This document shows positions 1 to 15,793 of a DNA stretch of 64,000 bases, piece by piece. Position numbers and translations under genes: made by a program. The stretch spans positions 37,448,001-37,512,000 of the forward strand of contig CM022665.1 in assembly GCA_012295275.1 (NCBI GenBank), written 5' to 3'. Numbering within the stretch: position 1 is the stretch's first letter; each line of letters opens with the position of its first letter. The DNA comes from Chrysomallon squamiferum (lineage: Eukaryota; Animalia; Mollusca). The notes beneath the pieces are model-generated. The model saw only the letters and a program-made list of their open reading frames with translations. It was not told where the DNA came from and searched no databases.

Positions 1-1964
1 CTGGCTTTAGCGAATCATCGAAGGAGAAAACAGAAAAAGAGAAATATCTAATATTATATAATTACTTTTGTTTTCAATATAAAATCCACTGTCGTCCCTG
101 TTGAACTTAAACAATCACAAAACCATAACAAGACATTCAGTTTAGCTGTTGCTTTATGACAGGAAATGCGTAATTCTTGCACAGATATAACAGTTAATTA
201 ATCGATATAGGAAAGCAAAATCCTGCTACAATAACTTGGATTGTCAGTATAGTCTTTGGCCGCGCCTTTCAAAAGGCTCTTTTGGCGATGTTTGGGCCGC
301 CGGATCGATGGTAAAACACACAAGAAACCTAACCCGTAAGTGGATCATTCTGTTTTTATTGAGGTTGGCATGAAGGTGAATACAGTCCAGACATGGTAAT
401 AAATTGTTAGTTTGAAACCTAAAGAGGTCAACAATTATTTTAACCAACAACCCAACGGTTTGCTTTGATTTGAGACACTTTTCAGTAATAAGTCAATACA
501 TTCGTTTCACTTTCTCAAAATGGCAACTCTCCAATACGTTCTGGACTGTCTGTGTCTGACTCTCGCTTCATTTCTGGTTACGACGACAGACATGTTATGA
601 AACATTTTTGTAGAAGGTTGAAATGTTAATTGCAAGAATCCATAACACAGCACGACAGAGCATGTCATAAAGTAACACAGCACAGCATAACACAGCTCGG
701 TATACTTAAATAAATAAATAAATAAATAAAAGAAAATAAAAGTAATAAAAATAACTAAATAATATGGAATGGCATTTTAACGTAATAACCACAATTTTAT
801 AACGTATTATAACTTTATTTTTTCTTTCTTTTTATTTCTTTTCATTTTATCTATTTGCTTTTGTAAATATCACGAGTAATAACGTTTTTGTATCGGTTAC
901 ATTACAATGTATTTCACCATCATCAGAATACATATTTAATTATGTAATTTAAATGATTTTATCGGTTTTGAATCAAACATGATATCCAGCATCCACGATC
1001 ACGGTGTTTACTTGTTTTATCTATTAGCATCTACTGAGTTCAAACACAATATCCTAAATTATTTGTCCAAAATCTGTCTTTGAACTTAACGTTAGTTTCA
1101 GTTTTGCATATTAGCCTGTTAAAACTGACATAAATCGAGAAACAGTGGCCTTAAGTTTTTCAAATTAGTTTTAGATAGGCGTCGAGACCAGCGCGCCTCT
1201 GGGACCAACATTCTAGTGCCCTAAGTTTAGGAAGCAGCCAGTACTTCTGATTAAGATGAATCTTTAGTAAATTAATTTAAAATAATCCATCTCTTACAGA
1301 TTACTCTTGTATCAGCTGCAGACATCTACAAGTTTATTCCCAGAAGCCATATTACAAGAGCAGCGAATCCAAAATTCGCCAGCAGTTATTAACTAATAAT
1401 TTCTCGAACCAACTGGCATCGACATTGCAAGATAACTATCTCGTTTCTGTATTTAGCGTGATGTTGAATGGACATCAAGTACCACGAAACTGTAACCGTT
1501 CGCGTTAAAAAGCGAGGCTCTGTGTCAGCGCGGTAGGAAAACGTTAGCCTGAAGTGTACTGGAGTTAATTTGGCAATACTTGTGATTTTTGGCGATTGAA
1601 TTTGCTTACGTCTACGTGTAAATATAGTTCGGTCTATCTTAGCGCGTTATCAGAAATGATCTTAATAACTTGTAAAACTTTAAAGATGTTTTTAATCGAA
1701 TCAAGTCTATCGTGAAAAGTAATTCCATGGCGTCCCATGTGGGTCATCTGTTGTTATTTGTTATGGTTACGTCAATGTCTAATATAATTGTGTGCAGTTG
1801 TAAATAACGCATACCAAGAGAATATTATGGAAATAATTTTGGAGGGATGTTTATGCGTTTATATAGTTTAAGGTTGTTGTGACATACACAAAAACAAAAC
1901 AACAAGAGAATGTGACAGAAATGGAAACAAAGGACGAGTGAGATTATATATTTATGGGTATATA

Positions 1965-2084
<120 letters not shown>

Positions 2085-3249
2085 TTTAAAACAGAACTTT
2101 AAAATCATATTCTTACATAATGTCCATATTCATTTAAATACATATATTTTTTTTAACATGATAAATAAATAAAGGTTAGAGATAATGTGTACAGTTCATA
2201 CTTAAAACTGGACCTTCGTTTTATTAAACGAGACCTTCTAACAGAGTACAAATATTTTTGTAAAATAATTAAACAAACGACTGTTAGTTTTTCATATTTG
2301 TCATGTCTTTGGTGGCGAGTAATCTTAAATTGTTAAAGCGACGAATATGGAAGATGATGCAAGGCAAACATTAGCAAATGAAGGTTTGAGACATTTATTC
2401 CTGTGTACGCGATATAGTTCAGTTAATTGATGATCCATGCTTTCAGGAATTATTATTATTATCTTCTCTCTCTCTTTTTTTATATCTATTCTACTATGAA
2501 GCAGGTTCCCACTAAAACTGGAGTTGCCGTATTACTATCACTGTGAATATTACATATGCCGTTTGAAAACATCAACGAAATGATTAATGTTGTCTTCAAG
2601 TCAAAATGCATTAGGAAGCCACAAATCAAAGCAAACATTGGAAGGAAAGCTAATAAACCTTTTAGACATTTCTTTATGAGACACATCAGTCAGTTAATGA
2701 ATGTTTGACGATATCCAGAATGAGTGAATAAAGCATTGCTTGTTGTACAATGAGCAAAATGCATTTTTGATGAAATCTCTGTCAGAAATATGAAGCAGCA
2801 TATTTCAAACATTTATTGATTTGAAATCATGATTTTGCCTTTAAGGGATATAAGCAAATTTATTTAACCCTTATTTCTTCAGAAATAACTTTTAAGTATC
2901 AGAAAAATATATGTAGCGAACAGTTCACAAGATACGGGTGAACAATCGTGCCAATATTGTGATTTTAGTGTTATATATCGCAATGAAATATTTTATATCT
3001 GTTTGGATAAATCCATACCCAAATTCAAACAAAAGAATGGATTAAAAATGTTCATGCAGACACACACGTAAACAAACAACAAATACAAAAACAGATTCAG
3101 TTAAGCGCGTATAATAAGAAAAGACAAATAAAAAGACGTAGTTAATTGAACTCAAGGGCTGGAAGATACTTTATTTAACAATTATCTGTGGATTCACTTT
3201 ACAACATCACCCGAAGTGATTAAAAAGCAATAACAACAACTGTAACTGA

Positions 3250-3497
3250 ACTCCTTGGCGAACCTTTTGATTTATTGTCCTTTTTACCAAATGCCCAACA
3301 TATGATTCATCAAAGGCTTCTTTCCTGTGTACAGGAAGGTGTTTATAAAAAGTCCCTTACTGCTAATCGATAACAAGGACAAGGAATAGGCAGTAGTAGG
3401 TAATTCTCTCTCTTTTTATCGCAATACAGCAGTGTGCTTGACACCCAGTAACCGTTAACAGCAACATATGTTGAGATGCCATTAAATATTCATCCGT
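3250..3497 (+). mobile_element. decayed SINE relic (lophotrochozoan Nin/Meta-domain type)
   Basis: Recalled similarity of 'caaaggc...tcctgt...ggtg..tataaaa..ccctt.ctgctaatcg' and the 3' 'tgttgag..gcc.ttaaata' to a common molluscan SINE; not verified by search. Confidence 0.5.
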
Positions 3498-4612
3498 TTA
3501 AATTATTCGTTCAGATCTCCATAAAATTTCAGTGTTAATTAAAATCGTATTAAGAAGTATGAAAGAACGTCTGTCATAATTTACACAGAAATAAACAATA
3601 AAATCACACTTCTGTGAAAATATTTGCTATTCAAAAAACTATTCCTCGGCAAAAGATCTCTCTTATTTAATCAAACTGTAGAGAACTCTCTAGGTGAGGT
3701 AACGACCTCCACCAAACATTCTAATTACTTCAGGATACTATCATATGTTTTATTAATGCGAGGAAGCAACCACTGACGGCGTCCTCTTGACAGACTGAAG
3801 AAGTGATTGCAGTCTCAAGACGGAGATATTGCCCATCTCGTGACCACCCATCCCTGATGAAGTGACCCAACGCGACAAACATCAGCCAGCGATCACTTAG
3901 CATTGGCGTTGTGCAGGTTCTACTTTGCCGATCATACATATCAATAGAAGAAGAGGGATTCCCTGCAATAACATTATTCCAATTTACAGACACAATTATA
4001 TCTCTTACGGCGTATACATTATTCATTGGTTTGTCCATTACCGTTGGGTTCTGATTGACAATATCAAACGGCGACTGTTGCCGTATTCACTGGGCAGACA
4101 TTTAATGAACGGTTAATAGAAGTTTTGTTTTTGTTTTTATTGTAAGTGAACGGGCGCTCTGCAGCAGTTTTGCAGCAGGAAGGCTGGTTTCCGTGACATG
4201 TACGACATGATTGTTGTGATGTATTCATTACAATTAGCGCAAGGCTGACTTCCAACTGCACTGAATGTCGCTCAGTGGCCGTGCGTCTGCCCGGTGTGCA
4301 GAAAAGTGTGTAGAAATCGATCATTCAGATTTTTCATTTAACTTTTAATCATTCGGTTTTTCAATCCATTTTATGCCTGCTGAATGTAGCATTTGTTTTG
4401 AGGCAACAAAAAAAAAAAAAAAAAAAAAGAAATCAAATATATAAAACGCTAATCTACCGCAAACATCGTCCTCAGAGATTGGAATTAAAATATGTATCTT
4501 TCATATTTCGACCGAAGAATGTCTCTCTTGAGTATACCAGCGACATTTTACATTAATAAAGTTAATACTGCTTGAATTTATAAAACAGAGAAACGCCTTG
4601 TAATGAATTACT

Positions 4613-4653
<41 letters not shown>

Positions 4654-5008
4654 TCTCTCTCTCACACACACACACACAGAATAGAAAACATTTTAAAATA
4701 ATAAACTAACATTACTGCGAGAAACGGTATTAAATGGAAGTTTGAAAGACAGTTATAAATCGAAACGTTGTCGGCAAGGATCGAAATTAGATTAAATTGA
4801 AAACGTATAGCAACCCAACAGACTCCTCCCACACACATAAAAAAAATAATAATAAAATAAAAAAATAAATAAAAACTGTTTTTTTTTTTTTTAAATAATA
4901 AAGAAAGAAAGAACCCAAAATAAATAAATTTAAAAAAAAAAAATCCAATGACAGATATATTGACATTCAGTTGGTCTAAAGGCCACAGATAACATCCCCC
5001 CTCAACAG

Positions 5009-5042
<34 letters not shown>

Positions 5043-5072
5043 AAAAAAGGAAAACCAAAAGGAAAAAAGGAG

Positions 5073-5107
<35 letters not shown>

Positions 5108-7501
5108 TCTTCAGTGGTATTCATTATAAGTCTATTTACAAAAAACTGTAACATAAACCAAACATCAAAACTACTCGTCCACCAAATAAACACAGAGACA
5201 CGGTACTTTAGAGACACTTACAGCTAGAGATGATTTTTGAGTCGGTCATAACCGTAAACAACTCTAACCTCTTTGACGCAATAAAGTGATGGAAATCAAA
5301 AACAACTTGTTTCTGAGTCACGTCCCATGAGTCATTTTGTAAAACGTCATTGCAGAAATCGCCTCTTTGTAGGCAGTTTATGATTACCGCTCAAAGAAAT
5401 ATTACAGCACTGTTAGTTACAGAAACACACTCGCTTGATGAGATTGGTGATTTATTGTCAGAAATAAAAACTATACAGCCACAGATTTATCAGCAACTGC
5501 TGCAAGAATTTGTTTTTATTTACCTGTGCGTTATGGTTATTGGATGTCGGATTCCATGAAATATAATAATTAATCATTTATGATTTTAGTCTCTGGGTTT
5601 TTCACTTGTCTTTAATTTTTTATTTATTTTTTTGTTTTTATTATTAGGGTTTTTTTTTTTTTTATATAATCTTCAAAGCTTGGTGAATTTTGTATTCATT
5701 AATATTTTTGGTGAGTAACTCCCTAGCGAAGTGAAACTCCGATTACATTATAATGTGATAAGTGTTGCGCGAAAATGCATTTAGTCCACTCCTGTGTCAC
5801 AAATGCAAAATGTTCTTTAATTACGTAATGCATCAGAAATTGTCATAACAAAACCAAAACAGGCTTGCATAACAGTCTTTGTCTGAAGTAGAAAATCGGT
5901 GATGAGATTCAGCTGAAGCATGCTAGTCATCGTACAGCACGTGTTGTAGCAAAGGTAACGCGTACCTAGATTTTTTAAATTTACACTGTTAATTATTATT
6001 CCAGTTCATTTGGATAGAAACTGATATTTTTAGTTGTTGACGGTTAGGTCTGATTAACCGACTACTACAGTAATCACTTTGAAGAACTGAAACAAAACTC
6101 CATGCATTTCAGGTCATTGTTTATTTATATTATATAAAGTCCCTATATGACGATAAAATAATGAAATTGTTGATTGGACATCCTGAGGACAAATCGATTT
6201 AAAAAAGAAAGAAAAGAAAAGTAAAACAAAATAATAATAAAATATCATTAAAATAAAAACAACTCAATACACACAGATATACACACTCACGCACGCACAG
6301 ACACAAAAAGACAGTTTTTAAATGTATTAATTTTTGTCTGGTGTAGTAGGCGCTGTTACTCATGCGCAGTGATGTTATTCATGACCCGCACTGACAAAGG
6401 TACATGAAGTCAATGATAGCGATACGTTTTAGCATGAGCAACATATTTATTTTAGTCTTAAGGTTTTTATTTATTTATTTATCTATTTATTTATCTATTT
6501 ATTTTTATCTATTTATTATTCTACTTTTCTTTCTTTCTTTCTTTCTTTCTTTATATTAACAAACACTCCGAACGTACAAAAGAATAATAATATTAATCCA
6601 GACATTAAAAAAACAAAAAACAAATATAACGGTGAATCGATGCACAAAAAGTTTATTGAGATATTTTTATTTCTATTTTTTTATGAAACCGAGTTGTCAT
6701 AAGGATGTGCAATCAGAAATTTCATTATTTCATCTTGTCATATAGGGCCTTTATGTTATGGCGGAAGAACACACTGACTGTTTGACAAGCAATCACGTCT
6801 ACGTCGGTGCTGACTGGGTAATTTCCACCAAGACCGGAGTCGACGTGTCGATAAAAATGTCGATCGATGTCCATAGGATTGGAACGGACCAAAAGTGAAA
6901 ATGGGAATAACGAAGAAGAAATAATTTTTTTTTTTTTTTAAATGGCGTGGGGGTGGGGGTAGAAATCAAAAAATAAAAAGAGCGCTATTACATATAATCA
7001 TTTTTCTTTTCTTTTTTTTTTCGTTTATTCGTTTGGTAAAATTGTATATCGATTCTTTTATATAGTTTATTTTTCATTGTAATTAAAGTAACGATCTTTT
7101 TTTTATTTTTTTTTTTTTTTTTTTAATCATAGATATTTGCTTTTTTTTTTTTTTTTTTTCCCTTTCTCTAATTTAAGTTTATCTTGCTCAATTCCCTACA
7201 TGTACACTATATATCCATTCCTGCACATTATTTTGACATATCTACGAATATATTTGTTCAGTAGAAGTCTAAAGTTAACGAAAAGTGAAGTCGATATATG
7301 TGGTTTAGACTTGCTGTGCGGCTTTGGGATATTACCGCAGCCAGACAGTGGATTCGATCACATGTACAATGCAATAAAAATGGCTTTTATCATAATTATA
7401 ATAATGACTTTTAGCTTTTATTGCTTTACTCTGAGAGAAGAAAAATGACTAACGAAATATGCATGACAATACGTTGTTTTCTGTCCAGAGAGGGTGGGGG
7501 G

Positions 7502-7595
<94 letters not shown>

Positions 7596-7798
7596 TTAAC
7601 AAGCACTGAGAAAAAAAAGCAAGACTGAGAAAGCCAGAAAGACTTAAAAAATATATAAGTACAGCGGCTGAGTGGATGAGAAAGAGCAGAGAAGCAGAGA
7701 AAAATTGAAAAATGGAGAAATGGATTAAAATAAATTAAGGAATATTGAAAGATCGAGAGATCGAACGACTGTGGAGAGCGCAGACAATAATAATAAAA

Positions 7799-7853
<55 letters not shown>

Positions 7854-9872
7854 TTTAAACAGAAAAAAGATATAACGGTTAGAAAAATATATAACAATTG
7901 TAATTTTTAACAATGGATAATTTTGCAGTGTTCTAGCTGTAGAATATCTTCTGTATTATTCACAGTCTGCCATTATGTAGTCAATGGTATCAGAATAACA
8001 AATTCAGTGTATCTGAATAATCTATATTTTAAATTTTTTTGTTTCTAAATTTAACAATTCTTTTTTTATTATTTACATTTTATTAATTTAACTGATTTAG
8101 AGGTATTTTAAACATAGATATATACATACATACATACATATATACACACACACTCGTACAAACACACACAAATTATAAAACCATTCACTGCAGTTAACTT
8201 TTTAATACATAAAGTGCTGTACTCAGTCGTTACTATGGCTACCATAACATTTAATTAGACTATTCTAACGACTTTATCTTTAATTACAGGTAATAAATAT
8301 ATTTTTTATTTACTTTTCTCCGAGAAGTTCTGATCAGATTTTATTGATTTGATTTTCTGACGAGAAGGGGAAAAAAAACAAAAAAAAGCATGGCGAAATT
8401 GTATGACGTAATATCATGCAGAAAAACAAATTTAAAAAAATAGAATACCATCATCTTTATCCATCGAAGTGAAATAATTATTTTATAATTATCAAATGAA
8501 AATAAGAATTAAGTTCGTTCTTAAGTTTTCATGATAAGGATTATGCGTTATTTTTTCAGTACTTATAACCCTTTAATTTTCCCACTTAATAAAGAAAGTT
8601 TTAGATTTTTTTTTATGACTTTGTTACACACAAAAATATATACTGGAGTTTTTTATTTATAACTTTTTTGTGAATAAAATATACGTTTCTCCGAGTGTGG
8701 AAGTTAAACAAAAAAACGAATAAAGAAAAATGAGATATTTTCTTAAAGTCTCATGTTGTAACATAGAATCAAACACCTTCGAGAAAATAATTTCTCTCTC
8801 TGAATCATAGTTACTGTTTTTATTCTTATCATCATCACCATCGTTGTTGTTGTTGTTCTTGTTTACGTTGTCATAGTAGTTGTCATTATTGCTGTTATTG
8901 TCGTTATGATTGTTCGTTATCTTTTATTTGGTTTATATAACTTTTTTTTTGGTTTTCTATTTACATTAGAAAATTAAAACACAGAAACAGATAAAGATTA
9001 ATGTAGATAAATTCCATTTCAATATGATTTGTATCTTAAGTCTTCAACCAACCAAACAAACAAACAAATAAATAAATAAAATAAAAACGTAATACAACAT
9101 AATGTAAAAGTGAATTGAAAATACATTAAATATGATAATGCGAGCTGATTTTGGCTCAGAACATGAAATATTGAATTCTCTTGGTAAAGCCTTTCAAAGT
9201 TAACGCTGGAATTGACGTATTAATTTCGTTTTGACCTTAACTCAACAGTCTCCATAGATTGCTGTTGTCCTCAGAGAATTTATGTCATCGTCAAAAAAAC
9301 CTGTACAGTTTTAACGATCTCATAATACCTTTATTTAAAAAACACTCTCATCTGACCGATGTGATGTTATTTGAAAATGGCACAGTAGTTCAAATGCCTG
9401 TGCTGAAGATTATTAATTTTATTTGAAGAAAAAACGTCATAATTCAAATATTTAAATAGTAAACAGGCTTATGAACAAACCAAAAAAAAAAAAAAAAAAA
9501 AAACGTAGAGTACTTTTAACGTTTTTTTTTTCTTCTTTTTTTTTTTTTTATTTTGTTGTTGTTGTTTTTCTTTTCTTTTCTTGTTTGTTGTGTTGTTGTT
9601 GTTATTGGGGGTTTTTTGGTGTGTTTTTTGTTGTTGTTTTGTTTTTGTTTTTTTAAATTGGCATTGTAATTGAAATATTTACGTACACAAAATTGTTGAT
9701 GAAAAAAGAAAGAAAAAAAAAGAAGTAGAATGCTGTTAATGTTTTTTTTTTTTTTTTTTTTTTTAAACTGAAATTATAATTCAAATACTTGAAATTTACA
9801 CTGAAATCCAAATGACTCAACATATGTAATCAATCAGTCACGTGAATTAAAATGATCACATACGCAGAACAG

Positions 9873-10200
9873 CAGAACGTAATTAATATTATCTGAGACT
9901 GATGCTGTAATTTAAATACTTCAGATCAAAAACCAGCTTATAAACCAAATGGATGATACTTTTTAACACGGGTATTCTGAATATTAACGTAGAATATTAT
10001 TAATGTTATCTGAGACTGACATTATGCTCCAAATAATCCATTACGTGAAGCGGTTTTATAAATCAGATCCTCCAAATGCAGTAGTTTCGTATTATCATTG
10101 CAGAATATTAATAAAATTATTTGATACAAATACTGTAATATAAATGCTTCAAGACATAAAAAGGCTTATAAATCAAATTAATAAAATAATTTTTGCAAGA
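9873..10200 (+). repeat. degenerate ~115-bp tandem repeat, ~3 copies
   Basis: AGAA....ATTAAT.TTATCTGAGACTGA...TTATAAA.CA.AT recurs at ~9873, ~9990, ~10102. Confidence 0.65.
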
Positions 10201-13200
10201 ATGTTCAGTATATTGGCTTATAAAATTTTGCATATTTATTGAGTTTGACCTTATTATTCAGGTATCTCAGTACACAATCAAACTTTTAAGTTAAACGAAT
10301 CTAATTTTCTGTGCTGAGATGTTAGAGTAGATCAATACTGATGTCATCCTAAGCTGACGTAATGATAAAAATACCTCAACACATAAACTACTAGGGTTCA
10401 AATACAACATCAACAAACAAAAAAAAAAAAAAAAACAAAAATAATAAAAAATATATATATAAATAAAAATATAAATGAAATGAAATAAAATAAAATAAAA
10501 TAAAATAAAATAAAATAAATAAATAAAAATTACACTGTATCCGTCATTTTAACATAAATTAATATTACTGAGTTTAACAGTTTAATTCAAATGGATAAGA
10601 TAAAATACCTTTTTATGTAATTGTTGAGGATGCTGAAATTTTAATCTAAATATCTCAGTGTTTTGCCAGGCTCAAAAACCAAACTGACCAATGAATATTC
10701 GGCTTCAGGATACAGACAGAATATACTGATCAAAAGAATTTCATACGACAGAATATATAAATTACTGATAATATTACAACAAAACATTGCTTGAATCAAA
10801 CAGAATTTTTATCACAGACATTTAATTCAGTGTCCTGTTCTAATTTGTTTTGACATCAGTTACGTTATGCTTTTTAGTATCGGGGCTACAGCATTAATTT
10901 TATTTACTGCAGATCAAACTGGCTGACTTTCTTTTTTTTTTTTTTTTTTTTTTTTGCATGTATAATCTATAAACCTATCTGTCCATATTAATTTATTAAT
11001 TGGCCATTCATCTTAATAAATACAGTGCTTTCATATCGATATTTATGAAATTCATGATCATCTCTTATCACGAAAATCGGGTTTTCAGAACTACGCCAAC
11101 TGGTACCAGTGGCAGGCAACGATAGGCTTTATCACCTCACATCAGCGGGTATCCAGACACTGAGTGAAAAATATTTTGCCGCTGGAAATCAGCAAACGTA
11201 CGTTTTTCCCCCATAATAAAAGAGCCCTTTCTATGATTATCGGTTGTTGGAACCGAACAACATTAACTGATGGATACCAGATTCCCCCAAAGAATACCCA
11301 ACAGTGAAATGAAATGAATAAATAACATTTATCACAATTTGCTTTAAAGAATTATTCGTCTTTGTCAGGATAACGCTAGCCACATGTTGCTAAACCGGTT
11401 ATCTAGTTCTGGCGTGTTCTGCTAGGGGAAATTCGTGATGAATTTTAAATTAACGTATGTAAAATAGTTCTGTTCTGCTAAAATTGTGTCAGATTAAAGT
11501 ACAAGAAGGAATTTCTAGAAATATGTTATTCTGATTAATTGTCATATAAAAGGGGTATCACTGTTTGCACATTTGTATTTTAATACTTGTATATATCTTT
11601 ATTAGTAGGCGTTCTGGTATATAATTATATATTTGAGAATTCACGAAGATTCACATGACTATGCATTCGATGAGAAATAAAGAAACACTAATAGCAATGA
11701 TTATGATGATAACGACGGTGATAATAATGATTATAATAATAATAAATAAATAAATAAATAAATAAAACAAAATATTAAAAATACTAGTAATAATAATAAT
11801 AAGAAAGAAAAAAGGGTAAAAAAAAAAAAAAAAAAAAAAGAGATATATTTAAAGAAATCCGAACTCACATATGAAAGAAACAAAAAATACTCGGTCAGTT
11901 TGAAAAACGAGACGACATGGGATAAAAGCTTGATTATAGCGTGCAATAATGGTAATATGATACACCTTGTCATCTTTCTTTTACCTGCTTATTTCACTTG
12001 TCTATATTGATTTTTCAAAATAATTCTTAGCAGCTCCAGGAAGCAACAGCAACGTGGTAGAGGATGATCAGAAATGGCTAAAGAAACAAACTACAAATGC
12101 TCTTCCGCACAGCATGCAATCACATTTACGGTCACGCAAATGAATATTAAACACATCATGTAGGATAAAAAATAAAATAAAAAATAACGCGAGAGAAGAA
12201 AATAAAAACTCTCAAGTACTTCTCTGTTCAGCTATTTTTGACAGATTTGCCAAGTTTAATATTTTCTTCCTAAGTATTATTTCTCCAGTTCGTTACAGTG
12301 ATGTACGTCAGAATTTGTGTAAAGAGGTATCTCACGTTATTGTTTAATGTTATATTTTTGTTAGTGAATGTGTATGTGTGAGTATGTGCGTATATGTATA
12401 AATTTATGTATATGTGTATCTATCTATATATATATATGTATGTATGTATGTATCTACGAATGTATATATATATGTATGTATGTATGTATGTGTGTATGTA
12501 TGCATGCATGTATGTAAGTTCGTACGTACGTGTGGATGCATGTATGTATTTATGAAATAGCTTTAAGGTAGTGCATAAAAATAATTACAACAAAAATAGT
12601 TTTTTATTTTTAGACAGTGTTAATTCCTTTATTTTAAAATATATTTAAAAAAAATATTAATCAGCTCTGTGAAGTTGAATCAATAACGTATCTTCCTAAA
12701 TAACCCGAAAATTATTACAGGTCAAAGTGATTTTCTATATCAACACCTTCATAATAAACTTAAGTAATTCATTTTTATGATTCTTTCGGAGTAAAAATAG
12801 ACGGGCGAAAAAATCCATGAGACATTAATATAAATAACGATAATTTGGTGGCCACCCACTCGTTCTCATAATAAATTCCTGACCGGGCAGAATTTGAAAA
12901 TAACGAGTCAATATTTACCAAGATATTTCAAAGTCATTAGCGGCCGACAGTGATCGTAAATGTGAAACGAGACCGTATAAAAATCAAACTCAGTCTTTAA
13001 CGAGTGAACAGCTAATGACACGGCTGCCAGTTCTGTTTGATCACCCAGTTTAGGCAGAACACGCAAAAATGTTTTGCTGGAGGCTTTGCAGTAAAAAGTG
13101 AAACGAAAAACAAGAAGATTTATCGTAACGACCCGCTTATTTTTTAATATTATTAATATTTTATCTCTTTCTAGAACATGAATTCTTGATCTGGTTTGTA

Positions 13201-14194
13201 ATCTTGGTGACAAATATCAAACGTATGACGTGGTATGACGTTTTAACAAAGCATTAAAAAAAAAAAGCCATCTCTTTAGATGTTTGTAAATGGTTTGTTT
13301 GACACGAGTAGTGAACTATTAAGAAAGATCAACTGTGTTGATTATGCTATTAAGAACATAACGTTAGTAGGAGATACTTGTAATTTGTTTTTAGTCTCGG
13401 CAAACTTTGTTAGCTTAAAATATCACCATTTGTTTGGTTTTTGTGTTTTTTTTAACTTTCAGTCATTGAAAATCGAATGCTTTTACTTTCTAATGAGATG
13501 TCATGACAAATATCAAAACATTTTCTGATTCCTGATGCTGGCCCATGTAACAAGCCCATGTAACGTTTTCAAAAAAAAAAAAGCTGCAATACGAATGAAG
13601 CGTATCTATTTCTAGTGTATCGATACAATAAACAGAAATTAAATAGGAAATAGCGATAAATTATTTTTAAAAAAACCTAATAATAATAAAAAAAAAAAAA
13701 AAAAAAAAAATTAAAAAAGAAGAAAAAGTAACCTGCATAAGATGGGAGGAAAGACAGAAAAATAATGAAATAAAAATTCTTTCTTAAATATTCAAGTATA
13801 AATATATATATATAAACAAACAACAACAACAACAACACTTACGGTAATAAAAAGGCATGGAAGTTTATTTAAAAAATACTTTGATATTAATAATTTCTTT
13901 TTAAATAGATCGGATATCTGATAACAGAGTAATTAATTTCTGTGTCACACTGAAGAAAAACGATCCTGCATCTTCACTGATGTGAATTTGCAGACTGTCA
14001 GAATTTCATTATTAGTGATGTCTGTTTCCAGTTTGATATTTTAGAAGAATTATTTAATGTTAGCTGATTTATGGTAAATGTAATACAAGAATAAAATTAT
14101 TCCGTATACTTTATTGTAGCGAGTTCAGTCTGTTGTTCACACTCGTAATATTAATCGGCAGAAGCAATAACAAGCGAAAATAATAATAAGACTA

Positions 14195-14550
14195 ATGATG
14201 ACGATGATGATAATGATGATGATTTTGATGATGATGATGATGATATGCGATAGTTGTAGTACTAGTAGAAAAGTAAAGGTAGTAGTAGTTGTAATAGTAG
14301 TAGTGGTGATGGCAGTACTATTAGTAGTAGTGTTAGTATTAATAATATTAGTGGATTTTATTGTTATTGTTGCTGTCACAGAAGTATTAGTCCTAGTAGA
14401 GTAGTAGTAGTAGCAGGAGAGTTATAGTATACTAATAATGGTTTTAGTAATAGTAGTAACAGTAATACTATTGATAGTAATAACAGCAGTAGTAATGATA
14501 GTAATACAAGTAGTAATTAGTAATATTAGTAGTAACAGCAGTGGCAGTAA
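14195..14550. repeat. mosaic (GAT)n/(TAG)n trinucleotide low-complexity tract
   Basis: Seen directly. Confidence 0.9.
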
Positions 14551-14922
14551 AATGTGTGGACAGTTAATTTAGGATTTTTTAAATTTAAAAAAATTTGACA
14601 TTTGTTTTGAAAGGTTAGCGACAGGTTAGATTGTCCAAAGTTTAAAACAGAATGAAACATTTTAGTGAAAAACATTGTTTTTGTTCTTCTTCTTTCTTTT
14701 CTGAAAATTCAAAGTAAAGCTTTATTAACCAGTCAACATTTAAAACATGTCATTTAATCGATTCATATTTGTACGCACCAAAGGGAAACATTTTACGTTC
14801 TTTTATTTGCAGTTCCGGTTCCGGTTTATTAGCAGATATTTATCAATCGTTGCTAATGGAGCAAAACCGACAACAAAGCGCGACAAAATGGTGATAAATA
14901 TAAGATAAATTTCTGTTAAGAA

Positions 14923-14975
<53 letters not shown>

Positions 14976-15741
14976 GAATGATACCGGACGTACTATTTTC
15001 TAAAAAAAAACTAGTGATGATTTATTAATCAGAAATCGACCGCTCCCAACTCAATTAGTCGAATAATAAATTACCTACGGTGTAATCTGATTAAGAATTT
15101 ACAGGCCCTGCACCAGACAAGTCCATGCTTCTACTAGCACGATCCAGCCGCTTCACTATTCACAAGAGATGAGTGAAATATTACCGTATGAAAAAAAAAA
15201 AAAAAAAAAAAAAATACCCTATAACAGACACGAAACCGAGTCGCTGGTATCATCTGATAGCCGCTGAAGCTGTACACGACACTTAGTCCAAGTCCTTACC
15301 GCTTACTGGTCATTTTCTCAAAACATGCACTTGGCGAGATTATCCTCGCAGTCATGTGACAGTCAAGAGCGATGAAGGGCTTTAATAGCTCTCAGTTTCC
15401 GTACAATCCGATCACTGATAGAGAACACCATCCGATAATATATCATACACGTACATACATACATACATATGTGCATACAAACAGACACACACATACGTAT
15501 CATAAAAATAAACACGTACAAAGTTTCATACATACATACATATACATCATACATACATGTACATATTTACATATACATATATACATACATACATACATTC
15601 ATACATACCACATATATACACATATATACCTTCATACATGAGAAAAAGAGAAAGCTTGGTGTATATTTGTGGTTTTTACCACTTGATCTTATAATTACTT
15701 ATAATCTTAGTATAAAAATATTTTAGTGGTGCGCATAATAA

Positions 15742-15793
<52 letters not shown>

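Noticed and set aside
2486-2686. Hydrophobic 66-aa minus-strand ORF
   Set aside because: Non-ATG start, no recognisable domain, no convincing exon partners
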